A stretch of DNA of 36,191 bases from a virus. Taxonomy: Duplodnaviria; Caudoviricetes. Numbering within the stretch: position 1 is the first letter of the stretch; every line of letters begins with the position of its first letter. This document shows positions 27,838 through 35,145 of the stretch, one piece after another. Made by a program: the position numbers and the translations under genes. The DNA lies in the IMG/VR virus record IMGVR_UViG_3300048599_000917, positions 1 through 36,191 of that record. The stretch is one strand, 5' to 3'. The notes under the pieces are model-generated. The model saw only the letters and a program-made list of their open reading frames with translations. It ran no database searches and was not told where the DNA came from.

Positions 27838-27842
27838 AGCGA

Positions 27843-28214
27843 TCAATCCCTCTTTGTCGCCAACAAGTACAGCCAGGCCAGAAAGTAGAAGGCTGCTATG
27901 GGAATCCCGAGCAGCGTGACCAAGACCGCTAAGCAGAAGGCGGGGTACTCCAGGTTCAACGTGCTCGGGTTTTGATGGGTCTCGGTGTACCACAGGGCGA
28001 GACTGGCTGCGGTGCCCGCGGCGACCGAGACGCCCAGAACCGTACTTGGCGGTGTCGGTTGCGAGCGGGGCGAAGAGGAGTAGGACGAGCCTGCGTCATC
28101 GTCCCAGACATAGCGGCCGACGCGGAAGCCGCAGCCGGTGTTTCTGCAAATGTCCGCTAGGACATTCGGACTGGACGTCGTGTGGTCGCAGTTTAAGCAC
28201 CGGTACTCGCCCAT
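27843..28214 (-). CDS. Zn-ribbon plus two-transmembrane-segment protein, moron-like
   Basis: CLNC..CRNTGC then two hydrophobic segments; GGAGG upstream. Confidence 0.65.
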   Translation of the reverse strand: MGEYRCLNCDHTTSSPNVLADICRNTGCGFRVGRYVWDDDAGSSYSSSPRSQPTPPSTVLGVSVAAGTAASLALWYTETHQNPSTLNLEYPAFCLAVLVTLLGIPIAAFYFLAWLYLLATKRD

Positions 28215-28269
28215 CCCCAGGCCCTCCCGCTACAGGGCGATCATGGCGTGCTCAACGGGTGATTGCGAG

Positions 28270-29274
28270 TCAATTTCCCCGTGTGCTTTCTCGCTCGTCT
28301 CGGGCCCGCCTCTGCAACCGGACGACGGTGCGGACCGGGTTGCCTTGGTGGTCCACGTACTCCGTGACCTCGGCCCGCTTCGGATATCGCCGCACCGGCT
28401 CGGGTAGCGGCTCGGCAGCCGGGTTAATGGTCGTGGCCTCGATCATGATCTCGGACTTCAACCGGGGCGGCTGGCTGGCGATCACGGCGTCGAGCCCCTC
28501 GTCCAGGAGAACACGGTGGCGATCCCAGGCCGGCCGCACCGGCTCGCCCGTGATCCGGCACCTGATCCACATCGGCCAGCTGTCGATGACGCAGACGTCG
28601 AACAGCTCGCGCAGGTGGTCGTCGGACAGGGCCCGGCGGATGCGCTGCAGGCGGGAGCCCGCGGCGGTCTCGGCCGGGTCGTCACCGTCGCCCCGCATGC
28701 GCTTGATGATCGCGGTGTCGTCCATTCCCGGCGGCAGGCCCCGGCCTTCGATGACGGCGACCTTGAAGAGCCGATAGACGTCCGCGGATCGCATGCGGGA
28801 CCAGTCCACCCGCTCACGGAGATGCTGGCGCTCGGCCCTGGCGAGGGCGGCGTCGGTGATCAGTCCGCGCTCGTGGCGCTTGAGCGCTTCCCTGTAGGCG
28901 TAGTCGCCCGGCGTCAGGACCTCCGCCGACGGCATCGCCGAGTCCGATCTCGACTGCGCGTAGCCGAGCCGCTCGACGATCTGGGGTGCGTGGATGGCGC
29001 ACAGGTTGGCGTATGTGTCGGCGGCGGCACGACGGGCCTCCGAGAGCCAGCCGCGGGCCAGGGCGACGTCCAGGGCGTTCTCTCCCGCCGCCAGCGCCAG
29101 GGTCGATGCTTCCTCGCCCAGGCCAAGGAGGGCGCGCCGCTCGGCCAGCACACGGTCGTTGCCCGCCACCGGCTGCGGCTTCAGCTTCCCGCAGTCGTAG
29201 CGGTCACCGGGCAGGCGCTTGCGCGTCGCGCCCTTCAGGTTCCCGCCCCTCCGGTTCCCAGCCCCACCACGCAT
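28270..29274 (-). CDS. Putative late transcription regulator (DUF6456-like)
   Basis: ATG 29274 after GGAG; basic N-terminus; LARGWLSEARRAAA and LFDVCV..LDEGLDAV patterns; Q-like position. Confidence 0.6.
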   Translation of the reverse strand: MRGGAGNRRGGNLKGATRKRLPGDRYDCGKLKPQPVAGNDRVLAERRALLGLGEEASTLALAAGENALDVALARGWLSEARRAAADTYANLCAIHAPQIVERLGYAQSRSDSAMPSAEVLTPGDYAYREALKRHERGLITDAALARAERQHLRERVDWSRMRSADVYRLFKVAVIEGRGLPPGMDDTAIIKRMRGDGDDPAETAAGSRLQRIRRALSDDHLRELFDVCVIDSWPMWIRCRITGEPVRPAWDRHRVLLDEGLDAVIASQPPRLKSEIMIEATTINPAAEPLPEPVRRYPKRAEVTEYVDHQGNPVRTVVRLQRRARDERESTRGN

Positions 29275-29278
29275 AGGC

Positions 29279-29578
29279 TTACTCCGTCGTGCTCTCGAAA
29301 TGATCGGCCAGTTTGGCGGCGGCGGACCGCAGCAGGCCGGCGATGTGCTCGGCGGGGGCGTTCGCCTTGGTCGCCAGCTCATCGAGCGACAGGCCCTTGC
29401 CGGCGATGAAGTCCAGGGCGGCCGCCTCCGTGGGCGTGATCGCCGCTCGGGCGTGCTTCAGCGTGTCGCCCGAAGAGAGCCGGGTCATGGCGTTGGTCTC
29501 GCTCTTCGCGCCCCTGAACGCCCTGCCATAGCGAGCGAGCGCGATCTGCTGGATCTCGGAGAGGGCGACCACCCCCAT
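29279..29578 (-). CDS. Small HTH / sigma-4-like (DUF6456-like) protein
   Basis: LDFIAGKGLSLDELA..LLRSAAAKLADHF; GGAG RBS. Confidence 0.55.
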   Translation of the reverse strand: MGVVALSEIQQIALARYGRAFRGAKSETNAMTRLSSGDTLKHARAAITPTEAAALDFIAGKGLSLDELATKANAPAEHIAGLLRSAAAKLADHFESTTE

Positions 29579-29581
29579 GGC

Positions 29582-29959
29582 CTATGCTCCCACAGCCGGG
29601 TCGGCGCCGGCCGGCGTCAGACGGCGGCGCCCGGTCGAAGCCTTTTCAGCATTCGAGGAGGCGGCTTCGTGGGCGCCGCTCTCCACTTCGGGCGTCGACG
29701 GCGCGGCAACCGATTCCTCCGGCCGCTCCATGCGGTCGTTCGACCCGTCGTTGAACCAGATGCGCCCGCGGCCCTCGCGGCGCAGGTTCTCGGCGATCTG
29801 GCCGGCGACGGTCTCGGCCTCGGCCCTGGTCACCCGGGTCTCGACGGTCTTCCAGCCGCCGCTGGCCGTCACCTCGGCTTGGCGGACCTGGATGGCCCAC
29901 TTCCCCGTGTCAGTCTCGACGACGGTGCGGACGGTGGGAAGCTTGTCGGTGATGCTCAT
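29582..29959 (-). CDS. Hypothetical protein (125 aa)
   Basis: GAGGAG RBS; operon packing. Confidence 0.65.
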   Translation of the reverse strand: MSITDKLPTVRTVVETDTGKWAIQVRQAEVTASGGWKTVETRVTRAEAETVAGQIAENLRREGRGRIWFNDGSNDRMERPEESVAAPSTPEVESGAHEAASSNAEKASTGRRRLTPAGADPAVGA

Positions 29960-30428
29960 GGTCTAAATCTCCTCTTCAGCCCGGCTTCCGGCCGGGAATG
30001 CTGCGGGCCGGCGGCGGGGTGTTCCGCACCGGCGTCTGGTTCTTCGAGGGGCGGCGGGTTACGCGGACAGACATCGCGGTCCCCTTTCGTTCTCAACCCA
30101 GAGTGGCGCGCAGGCGAGATCGCTGCGGCGCCCGATTTTTGGGGGGCCTTCGGCAAGGCCGAGATCGAGCCTTCCAGCGGCATCGAAGCCGCCGAGCGCT
30201 CAAGGTTGGAAACAGATCGCCGCCTCCGGCGGTCTAAGGGATCGGCTGAGGTCTGCGCCTGGTCGGACCTGCGGGCGACGCTGCGCGCGTTGAGCAGAGC
30301 CTCGCCTTCGGCTCGGACACGGCTGGAGGGGGAGACTGCCAGGGGCCGCCGAGCGCCTCCCGCCTTCAGGGCGTCGGCTTCGGCTACTTCGCCGGGTAAA
30401 AGCGCTCTCCCAGTGGTGTAGTGTATGT

Positions 30429-30553
30429 GTCCTAAACCAAGGTACAGGCGAGAGCCCGAAAATCGGGCGCTCGGTCCTAAACGAGGGACAGTCAGGCGCA
30501 TTTCGCCACCCCACTGTCCTCGGATTGGGACAGGACTGTCCCTGATTTAGGAC
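30429..30553. repeat. Four 18-19-bp iteron-like repeats; putative replication origin
   Basis: Plus: GTCCTAAACCAAGGTACAG (30429), GTCCTAAACGAGGGACAG (30474). Minus: GTCCCAATCCGAGGACAG (30514-30531), GTCCTAAATCAGGGACAG (30536-30553). Confidence 0.75.
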
Positions 30554-30983
30554 TACGATTTACAATCAGCTTGGGCGGCGGCCGCCAGCTCATGAATGCC
30601 TTCGACGCCGAGGCCTTGGTCAGATCGCAGGGCGCGCGGGTAAGTCGCCATTCGGTCGCTCGGCAGGAGTTCGTCGAGAACCCGCCCGGCGTCGCGCACT
30701 CCAAGAACCCGCGCTCGATGAGCAGCTTGAACGCCTTCGCCGCTGTGTCCTTGGAGATGTGGACCGCAGCCGCGGCGCCGCGCACGCCCAGGCCGATTGT
30801 CCCGTTGTTTGCGCCGTTGAAGCGGCGCTCCACCTCGATGTAGACGCACTTCGCAGCCGGCGGCAGGCTCTCCCACGCCGGCGCGGCCATGAACCACTCG
30901 TACAATCGGACGTGGCGCGGCTCCTGTTTTGTCCGGCCGGTCTGATCGGTCTTTTTAATCTTGGTTCTCAGCGGGCTGCTCAC
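30492..30983 (-). CDS. Winged-HTH protein, putative replication initiator
   Basis: RHVRLY..PAWESL..AKCVY..NNG.IGLGVR..L.ERGF; iterons in and after its 3' end. Confidence 0.7.
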   Translation of the reverse strand: MSSPLRTKIKKTDQTGRTKQEPRHVRLYEWFMAAPAWESLPPAAKCVYIEVERRFNGANNGTIGLGVRGAAAAVHISKDTAAKAFKLLIERGFLECATPGGFSTNSCRATEWRLTRAPCDLTKASASKAFMSWRPPPKLIVNRSPKSGTVLSQSEDSGVAKCA

Positions 30984-31228
30984 GCCGCACCCCCAAAGCC
31001 GGAGCGGCGGACCATCGCTGCGCGGATCGCCGCGCCAAGCTCGCCGACCTCTCGCCGGATCGTCGCCTCCGGCACGCCCTTGGCCCGGAGCGCAGCCGCC
31101 TGCTTGTCGAGCTGGTGCCGCAGGTTCTGTTCAGCGCCGCGCGGCGTCTGGCCCGCGAGCCAGTCCGCCTGCTTGCGGATGAAGCCCACCCGGTGAGCCA
31201 GGGGATAAGGGATGACCTCCGCCATCAT
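30980..31228 (-). CDS. Small alphaproteobacterial phage protein (DUF6074-like)
   Basis: EVIPYPLAHRVGFIR N-terminus; overlaps both neighbours. Confidence 0.65.
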   Translation of the reverse strand: MMAEVIPYPLAHRVGFIRKQADWLAGQTPRGAEQNLRHQLDKQAAALRAKGVPEATIRREVGELGAAIRAAMVRRSGFGGAA

Positions 31229-31467
31229 TCGAGCAGCCCCAGCTCGCGGGCCTTCGCCTCCGCAGCCTCCAGGGCCTCCCGCAGCTCGGGGATCAGGTCC
31301 ACCCGGATCGACAGACCCTTCTTCGTCGGCATCGGGACGTTCGCGGCGGTGAAGGCCGCGAACACTCGGATGTCGAGTAGGTCATGGCCGCGGAAGTGAT
31401 CCAGGCTGACGCGCAGCTCCTCGGAGCCGTTCTTCTGGATCGTCGCGATCAAGAGCGGTTCAGACAT
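31225..31467 (-). CDS. PC4/YdbC-family single-stranded DNA-binding protein
   Basis: KN..EELRVSL..F.GH..LDIRVF..PTKKGLSI; ATG 31467. Confidence 0.8.
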   Translation of the reverse strand: MSEPLLIATIQKNGSEELRVSLDHFRGHDLLDIRVFAAFTAANVPMPTKKGLSIRVDLIPELREALEAAEAKARELGLLE

Positions 31468-31724
31468 TCCGCTTCTCCGTCCTGCCGAGCGCAAGCTGGC
31501 TGTAGCCGCACCGGCTCGGACTTTGTGAGAGCCCGTTCGAACTCGCCGATGAGCGCGGTCGCGCGTGACAGGCGCCTAAAGGTTACATCGCTGGTCCCGG
31601 TCCGCAGGGCTTCGAGGGTCTTCCCGTCATCGAAGAGAAGGCGAGACAGGTAGGATTCGGAGATGCCGCGCCCGCGCCGGTACGCCTGGCAGCGGACAAC
31701 GAACTTCTGGACGGGATCAGTCAT
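31449..31724 (-). CDS. cro: Cro-like HTH protein
   Basis: Divergent from the CI-like gene; ISESYLSRLLFDDGK..L..G pattern. Confidence 0.65.
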   Translation of the reverse strand: MTDPVQKFVVRCQAYRRGRGISESYLSRLLFDDGKTLEALRTGTSDVTFRRLSRATALIGEFERALTKSEPVRLQPACARQDGEAECLNRS

Positions 31725-31729
31725 ACCCC

Positions 31730-31770
31730 ATTATGTGGTGGGCGCACCACCAAGGCAAGGTGAACTCACC
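31730..31770 (-). promoter_or_regulatory. pR-like promoter with operators GTGGTG-N4-CACCAC (31735-31750) and GGTG-N4-CACC (31759-31770)
   Basis: Minus strand TTGCCT-N17-CATAAT-N5-ATG(31724). Confidence 0.75.
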
Positions 31771-31808
31771 AACTGCCGCGGGGGCACCCAAGCGGCGATA
31801 ACCACCAT

Positions 31809-32594
31809 ATGGACGACATTGCCGAACTGATCCGTGACCGAATTAAGCGCCGGCTCGCAAAGCTGAAACTGACGCCGATCACAGCGGCGGTGCATGCCGG
31901 CCTTCCCCGCGACACGATCCGTAACCTCTTCCGGGGTCGGGCCTCCGTGCCGCGAGCTGACACCCTTGCGGCCATTGCTGTCGCGTTGGAGACCACGCTC
32001 TCGTATCTCATGGGTGAGACAGATGTAGATGACGCCGGCGCGGCCGGCGCTGGAGTCCCCCTGGACAGGGACATCCATGTGCGGATGGTGCCGATTTATG
32101 GGCCGGCGCAGGCCGGGCAGTGGACGGGTGACGACTTTCTTCAGCCTCCAGAGGTGCGCTATTTGCCGGCCTTTTCGGCTGCGTTCGACGAGTACAGTCA
32201 GTTGGCCTTTGAGCTTCCCGGCGCAGACATGGACGCCTACTACGCGCCCGGCGACTTCGTCATCGCCGTGCCGTCCTTCGAGATGGAGCCGAGGATCGGA
32301 GACCATGCTGTCATCGCGCGTAACCGAGGAGATCTGATGGAGCTCTCGGTGCGCATTTTGGAACGGGACGGCGATGATCTGTATTGGGCCAGCAAGCGAG
32401 CGGGGGGCGCTAAAGCCCCCAGGGTCTCGATTGACGGCGATGCAGCCGACGACTCCCCGCCTGGCGTGGTTGCGATCGTCGTCGCATCGTACCGGAAGCT
32501 TGCCCGCCCGGACGAAAATAATCGGCTTAAGCACCCGACATGGCAGCCTCGCCGCGTGAGCCTCCGCCCGTTCTGGTCGGAAGAAGACGACTGA
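31809..32594 (+). CDS. cI: CI-like repressor: XRE HTH plus degenerate S24 domain
   Basis: N-terminal HTH (PRADTLAAIAVAL); YGPAQAG cleavage loop; GADM and VRIL in place of GDSM and VKRL. Confidence 0.85.
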   Translation: MDDIAELIRDRIKRRLAKLKLTPITAAVHAGLPRDTIRNLFRGRASVPRADTLAAIAVALETTLSYLMGETDVDDAGAAGAGVPLDRDIHVRMVPIYGPAQAGQWTGDDFLQPPEVRYLPAFSAAFDEYSQLAFELPGADMDAYYAPGDFVIAVPSFEMEPRIGDHAVIARNRGDLMELSVRILERDGDDLYWASKRAGGAKAPRVSIDGDAADDSPPGVVAIVVASYRKLARPDENNRLKHPTWQPRRVSLRPFWSEEDD

Positions 32595-32607
32595 CCAGCG
32601 GGCCGGC

Positions 32608-32636
32608 TTGACGTGGTACATATACCACCGCATTCT
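32608..32636 (+). promoter_or_regulatory. pL-like promoter with operator GTGGTA-N4-TACCAC (32613-32628)
   Basis: TTGACG-N17-CATTCT-N5-ATG(32642). Confidence 0.75.
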
Positions 32637-32641
32637 TGGGT

Positions 32642-33523
32642 ATGGTCGCGACTAACCCACTTCCGTCAACTCCCCACATCGCCCCCATCCGGGTCGACCG
32701 CATCCGCACCGACGGCGGCACCCAGATCCGCGCCATCCCGAAGGACCAGGCGGTCGTCGACAGCTACATCGAGGCGATGGCCGGCGGGGCGCAGTTCCCG
32801 CCCCTGGTCGTGTTTTTCGACGGGGACGATTATTGGCTGGCGGACGGACACCATCGGCATGCCGCCGCCGTCGGTCTCGCTGAAGCTGGCTGGGGCGTCG
32901 CCGAGTTCCCCTGTGAAGTCCACGAGGGAAGCAAGCGAGACGCGGTGCTTTACGCCGTCGGCGCCAATGACGCTCACGGCCATCGCCGAGACCAGGCGAC
33001 GAAGCGACGGGCTGTCCAAACCCTCCTGAACGATCCCGAGTGGTCAGAGTGGTCCGACCGAGAGATCGCCCGCTACTGCAAGGTCGACGGCAAGACCGTC
33101 GCCGGCCTCCGCCCCAGGCCCCCCGCATCTGCGGAAATCCGCAGTTCAGGGCAGCGCAAGGCCCGGCGGAACGGCAAGGTCTACGTCATCAACACGGCCA
33201 ACATCGGCGCCGCGCCGGCCCAGGAGTCGCCACCTGATGAGCCGCCGCCCGATCCACCGCCGGCGGCCGAGCCCGAGCCGCCGGCGGCCCCCGCCGTGCC
33301 CGCAGTCCTGCTCGCGCTGAAGAGCGACGGGAACAAGCTGTTCGAGACGGTCGACGACATCGACCGGCTGTTCGCCACCCTTCCTCCCCCGGTGGAGGCG
33401 ATGCGCCTCTGGCCCAGGTTGGAGGAAGCCTACGACATCGACCCCGCCCGGATGAGGGAGATCGGCGCGTGGTTCACCACCTTCGCGAAACAGTGGGAGA
33501 CCACCCGTGTCCAGACTTCGTGA
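32642..33523 (+). CDS. ParB/Srx-like N-terminal domain protein with HTH and Pro-rich linker
   Basis: FPPLVVF..YWLADGHHR; N..HG; WSDREIARYCKVDGKTV. Confidence 0.8.
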   Translation: MVATNPLPSTPHIAPIRVDRIRTDGGTQIRAIPKDQAVVDSYIEAMAGGAQFPPLVVFFDGDDYWLADGHHRHAAAVGLAEAGWGVAEFPCEVHEGSKRDAVLYAVGANDAHGHRRDQATKRRAVQTLLNDPEWSEWSDREIARYCKVDGKTVAGLRPRPPASAEIRSSGQRKARRNGKVYVINTANIGAAPAQESPPDEPPPDPPPAAEPEPPAAPAVPAVLLALKSDGNKLFETVDDIDRLFATLPPPVEAMRLWPRLEEAYDIDPARMREIGAWFTTFAKQWETTRVQTS

Positions 33524-33977
33524 TCAGATCAGGGTGGCGTTGTCCGCTGCCCGCTCCAAGGGCGGCGTAATCGACGTCCGAGGAATTGCTCAGGCGGCGA
33601 TCGAAAGCCTGACCCAACTCGAGAAGGACGACCTTGCCTTGCGCGAGGCGATCCGGCAGGCCCGAGAGGTGTCGCGGCTGAAGTCGAGCTCTATCGAGCG
33701 CCACTACCCGGCGACGGTCGACCTCTTCCCTGACCTCGACGATAAGTACGCGCTCGGCGACGACGGCGACACCATGAAGCTCACCGAGGAGCTGACCCTC
33801 GACGAGTTCAGGACCGTTGTCCGGATCCGCGAAGAGCAGCTCAGCTACGACCGCGAGCGCCTGAACTACCACCGGTCTGTCCTACGGAACGCCGAGGTGA
33901 TCTGGCGGCGGAACCCCAGCTGGGTGTTCGGACAGGTCTGCGCGGCGCTCGCCGGCATGCAGGTCGCCGCTGAATGA
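33507..33977 (+). CDS. Hypothetical helical protein (156 aa)
   Basis: GGAG RBS; overlaps both neighbours. Confidence 0.65.
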   Translation: MSRLRDQIRVALSAARSKGGVIDVRGIAQAAIESLTQLEKDDLALREAIRQAREVSRLKSSSIERHYPATVDLFPDLDDKYALGDDGDTMKLTEELTLDEFRTVVRIREEQLSYDRERLNYHRSVLRNAEVIWRRNPSWVFGQVCAALAGMQVAAE

Positions 33978-34873
33978 GCGGTGTTTATCGAGCACGCACG
34001 ATAAAGCGGTCGCGACGGACGCGGGCGCAGATCGAGACACTCGACGGGCAGGTCATGGGCGTGCTGACCCACGACCACCCCCAAAGCGTCCGGCACGTCT
34101 ACTACAGGATGACGAACCCCCGGCTGGCCGAGCCCGTCGATAAGACCGAGCGGGGCTATCGGCATGTGCAGGACCGGACGGCGAAGCTGCGACGCCGCGG
34201 CCGGCTACCGTACGGGTGGATCACGGACGCGACCCGGCGCGGCTACTTCGTCTCCACGTTCCACGGCGAAGCCGACTTTCTGCGCCGGATGAAGCACAAC
34301 TACCGCGCCGACCTCTGGGCGGAGTCGAGCGTCTATTGCGAAGTGTGGACAGAGAGCCGCTCAATCGCTGGCGTGATCCAGGGCGACTGCGAGGAGCTGG
34401 CCGTCAATCTCTACCCGGCAGGCGGGTTCTCCAGCATCACCCTCGCTTTCGAGGCGGCCCAAGAGATCAACCGCACCGCCCACGGCCGGCGTGTGATGAT
34501 CTTCTACATCGGTGACTACGACCCGGCGGGCGTGCTTATCGACGTGGCGCTGGAGCGGGAACTACGGGCCCACCTGCGCCCAGGGATCGACCTTACCTTC
34601 GAGCGCCTCGGGATCACAGCCGAACAGATCGCCGAGTACGACCTCCCGACAAAACCGAGGAAGGAGTCCGACAAGCGGGCGCAGCACGTCGAGACCACCG
34701 TCGAAGCCGAAGCCATGCCCGCTGGGATACTACGGCAGTTGCTTCGATCGCGGATTGAGGAGCTGCTTCCCGCCCGGGCCCTGGAGATCGCGCAGATCGA
34801 GGAAGAATCGGCGCGGGACTATCTCGGCCGCTTGGCGGACATCATCGAACGCGGCAGCGGAGGCGACGAATGA
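33974..34873 (+). CDS. Topoisomerase VI-A/Spo11-like WHD-TOPRIM protein (Mini-A-like)
   Basis: SVRHVYY (compare Spo11/Top6A T.R.IYY), EVWTE, GDYDPAG. Confidence 0.75.
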   Translation: MSGVYRARTIKRSRRTRAQIETLDGQVMGVLTHDHPQSVRHVYYRMTNPRLAEPVDKTERGYRHVQDRTAKLRRRGRLPYGWITDATRRGYFVSTFHGEADFLRRMKHNYRADLWAESSVYCEVWTESRSIAGVIQGDCEELAVNLYPAGGFSSITLAFEAAQEINRTAHGRRVMIFYIGDYDPAGVLIDVALERELRAHLRPGIDLTFERLGITAEQIAEYDLPTKPRKESDKRAQHVETTVEAEAMPAGILRQLLRSRIEELLPARALEIAQIEEESARDYLGRLADIIERGSGGDE

Positions 34874-35145
34874 CCCGCCGCGCCCTCGCCACCAAGCCCG
34901 CCGCCGAGCCCAGCCGCCCCATGCGACTGGGTATCGAGCCGCGTGGTCTCCAGCGCGAGGTCGCGGCCCGCTACATCGGCGTGAGCGCCACGAAATTCGA
35001 CGAACTGGTGAAGACCGGCCGCATGCCCCAGCCACGTCGGATCGACGGCCGCAAGGTCTGGGACCGCTTCGCACTGGACACCGCCTTCGAGGGATTGCCT
35101 TCTGAAAAGGAGGACAACCCGTGGGACGACCTGTTGAACCCGTGA
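34870..35145 (+). CDS. xis: AlpA-type excisionase
   Basis: RGLQREVAARYIGVS.TKFDELV..GRMP.P..WDR..LD; overlaps the integrase start. Confidence 0.8.
   Translation: MTRRALATKPAAEPSRPMRLGIEPRGLQREVAARYIGVSATKFDELVKTGRMPQPRRIDGRKVWDRFALDTAFEGLPSEKEDNPWDDLLNP

Noticed and set aside
29956-30501. 181-aa minus-strand ORF after the initiator
   Set aside because: Low-complexity Arg/Pro/Ala sequence running through the iterons; no clear RBS; not excluded but unsupported
31731-32633. 300-aa ORF antisense to cI
   Set aside because: Fully overlaps the clear repressor gene and its promoters
33974-34873. Wadjet (JetD) defence system
   Set aside because: No JetABC/SMC genes nearby; the protein has a Top6A-like YY motif and sits in a phage early operon
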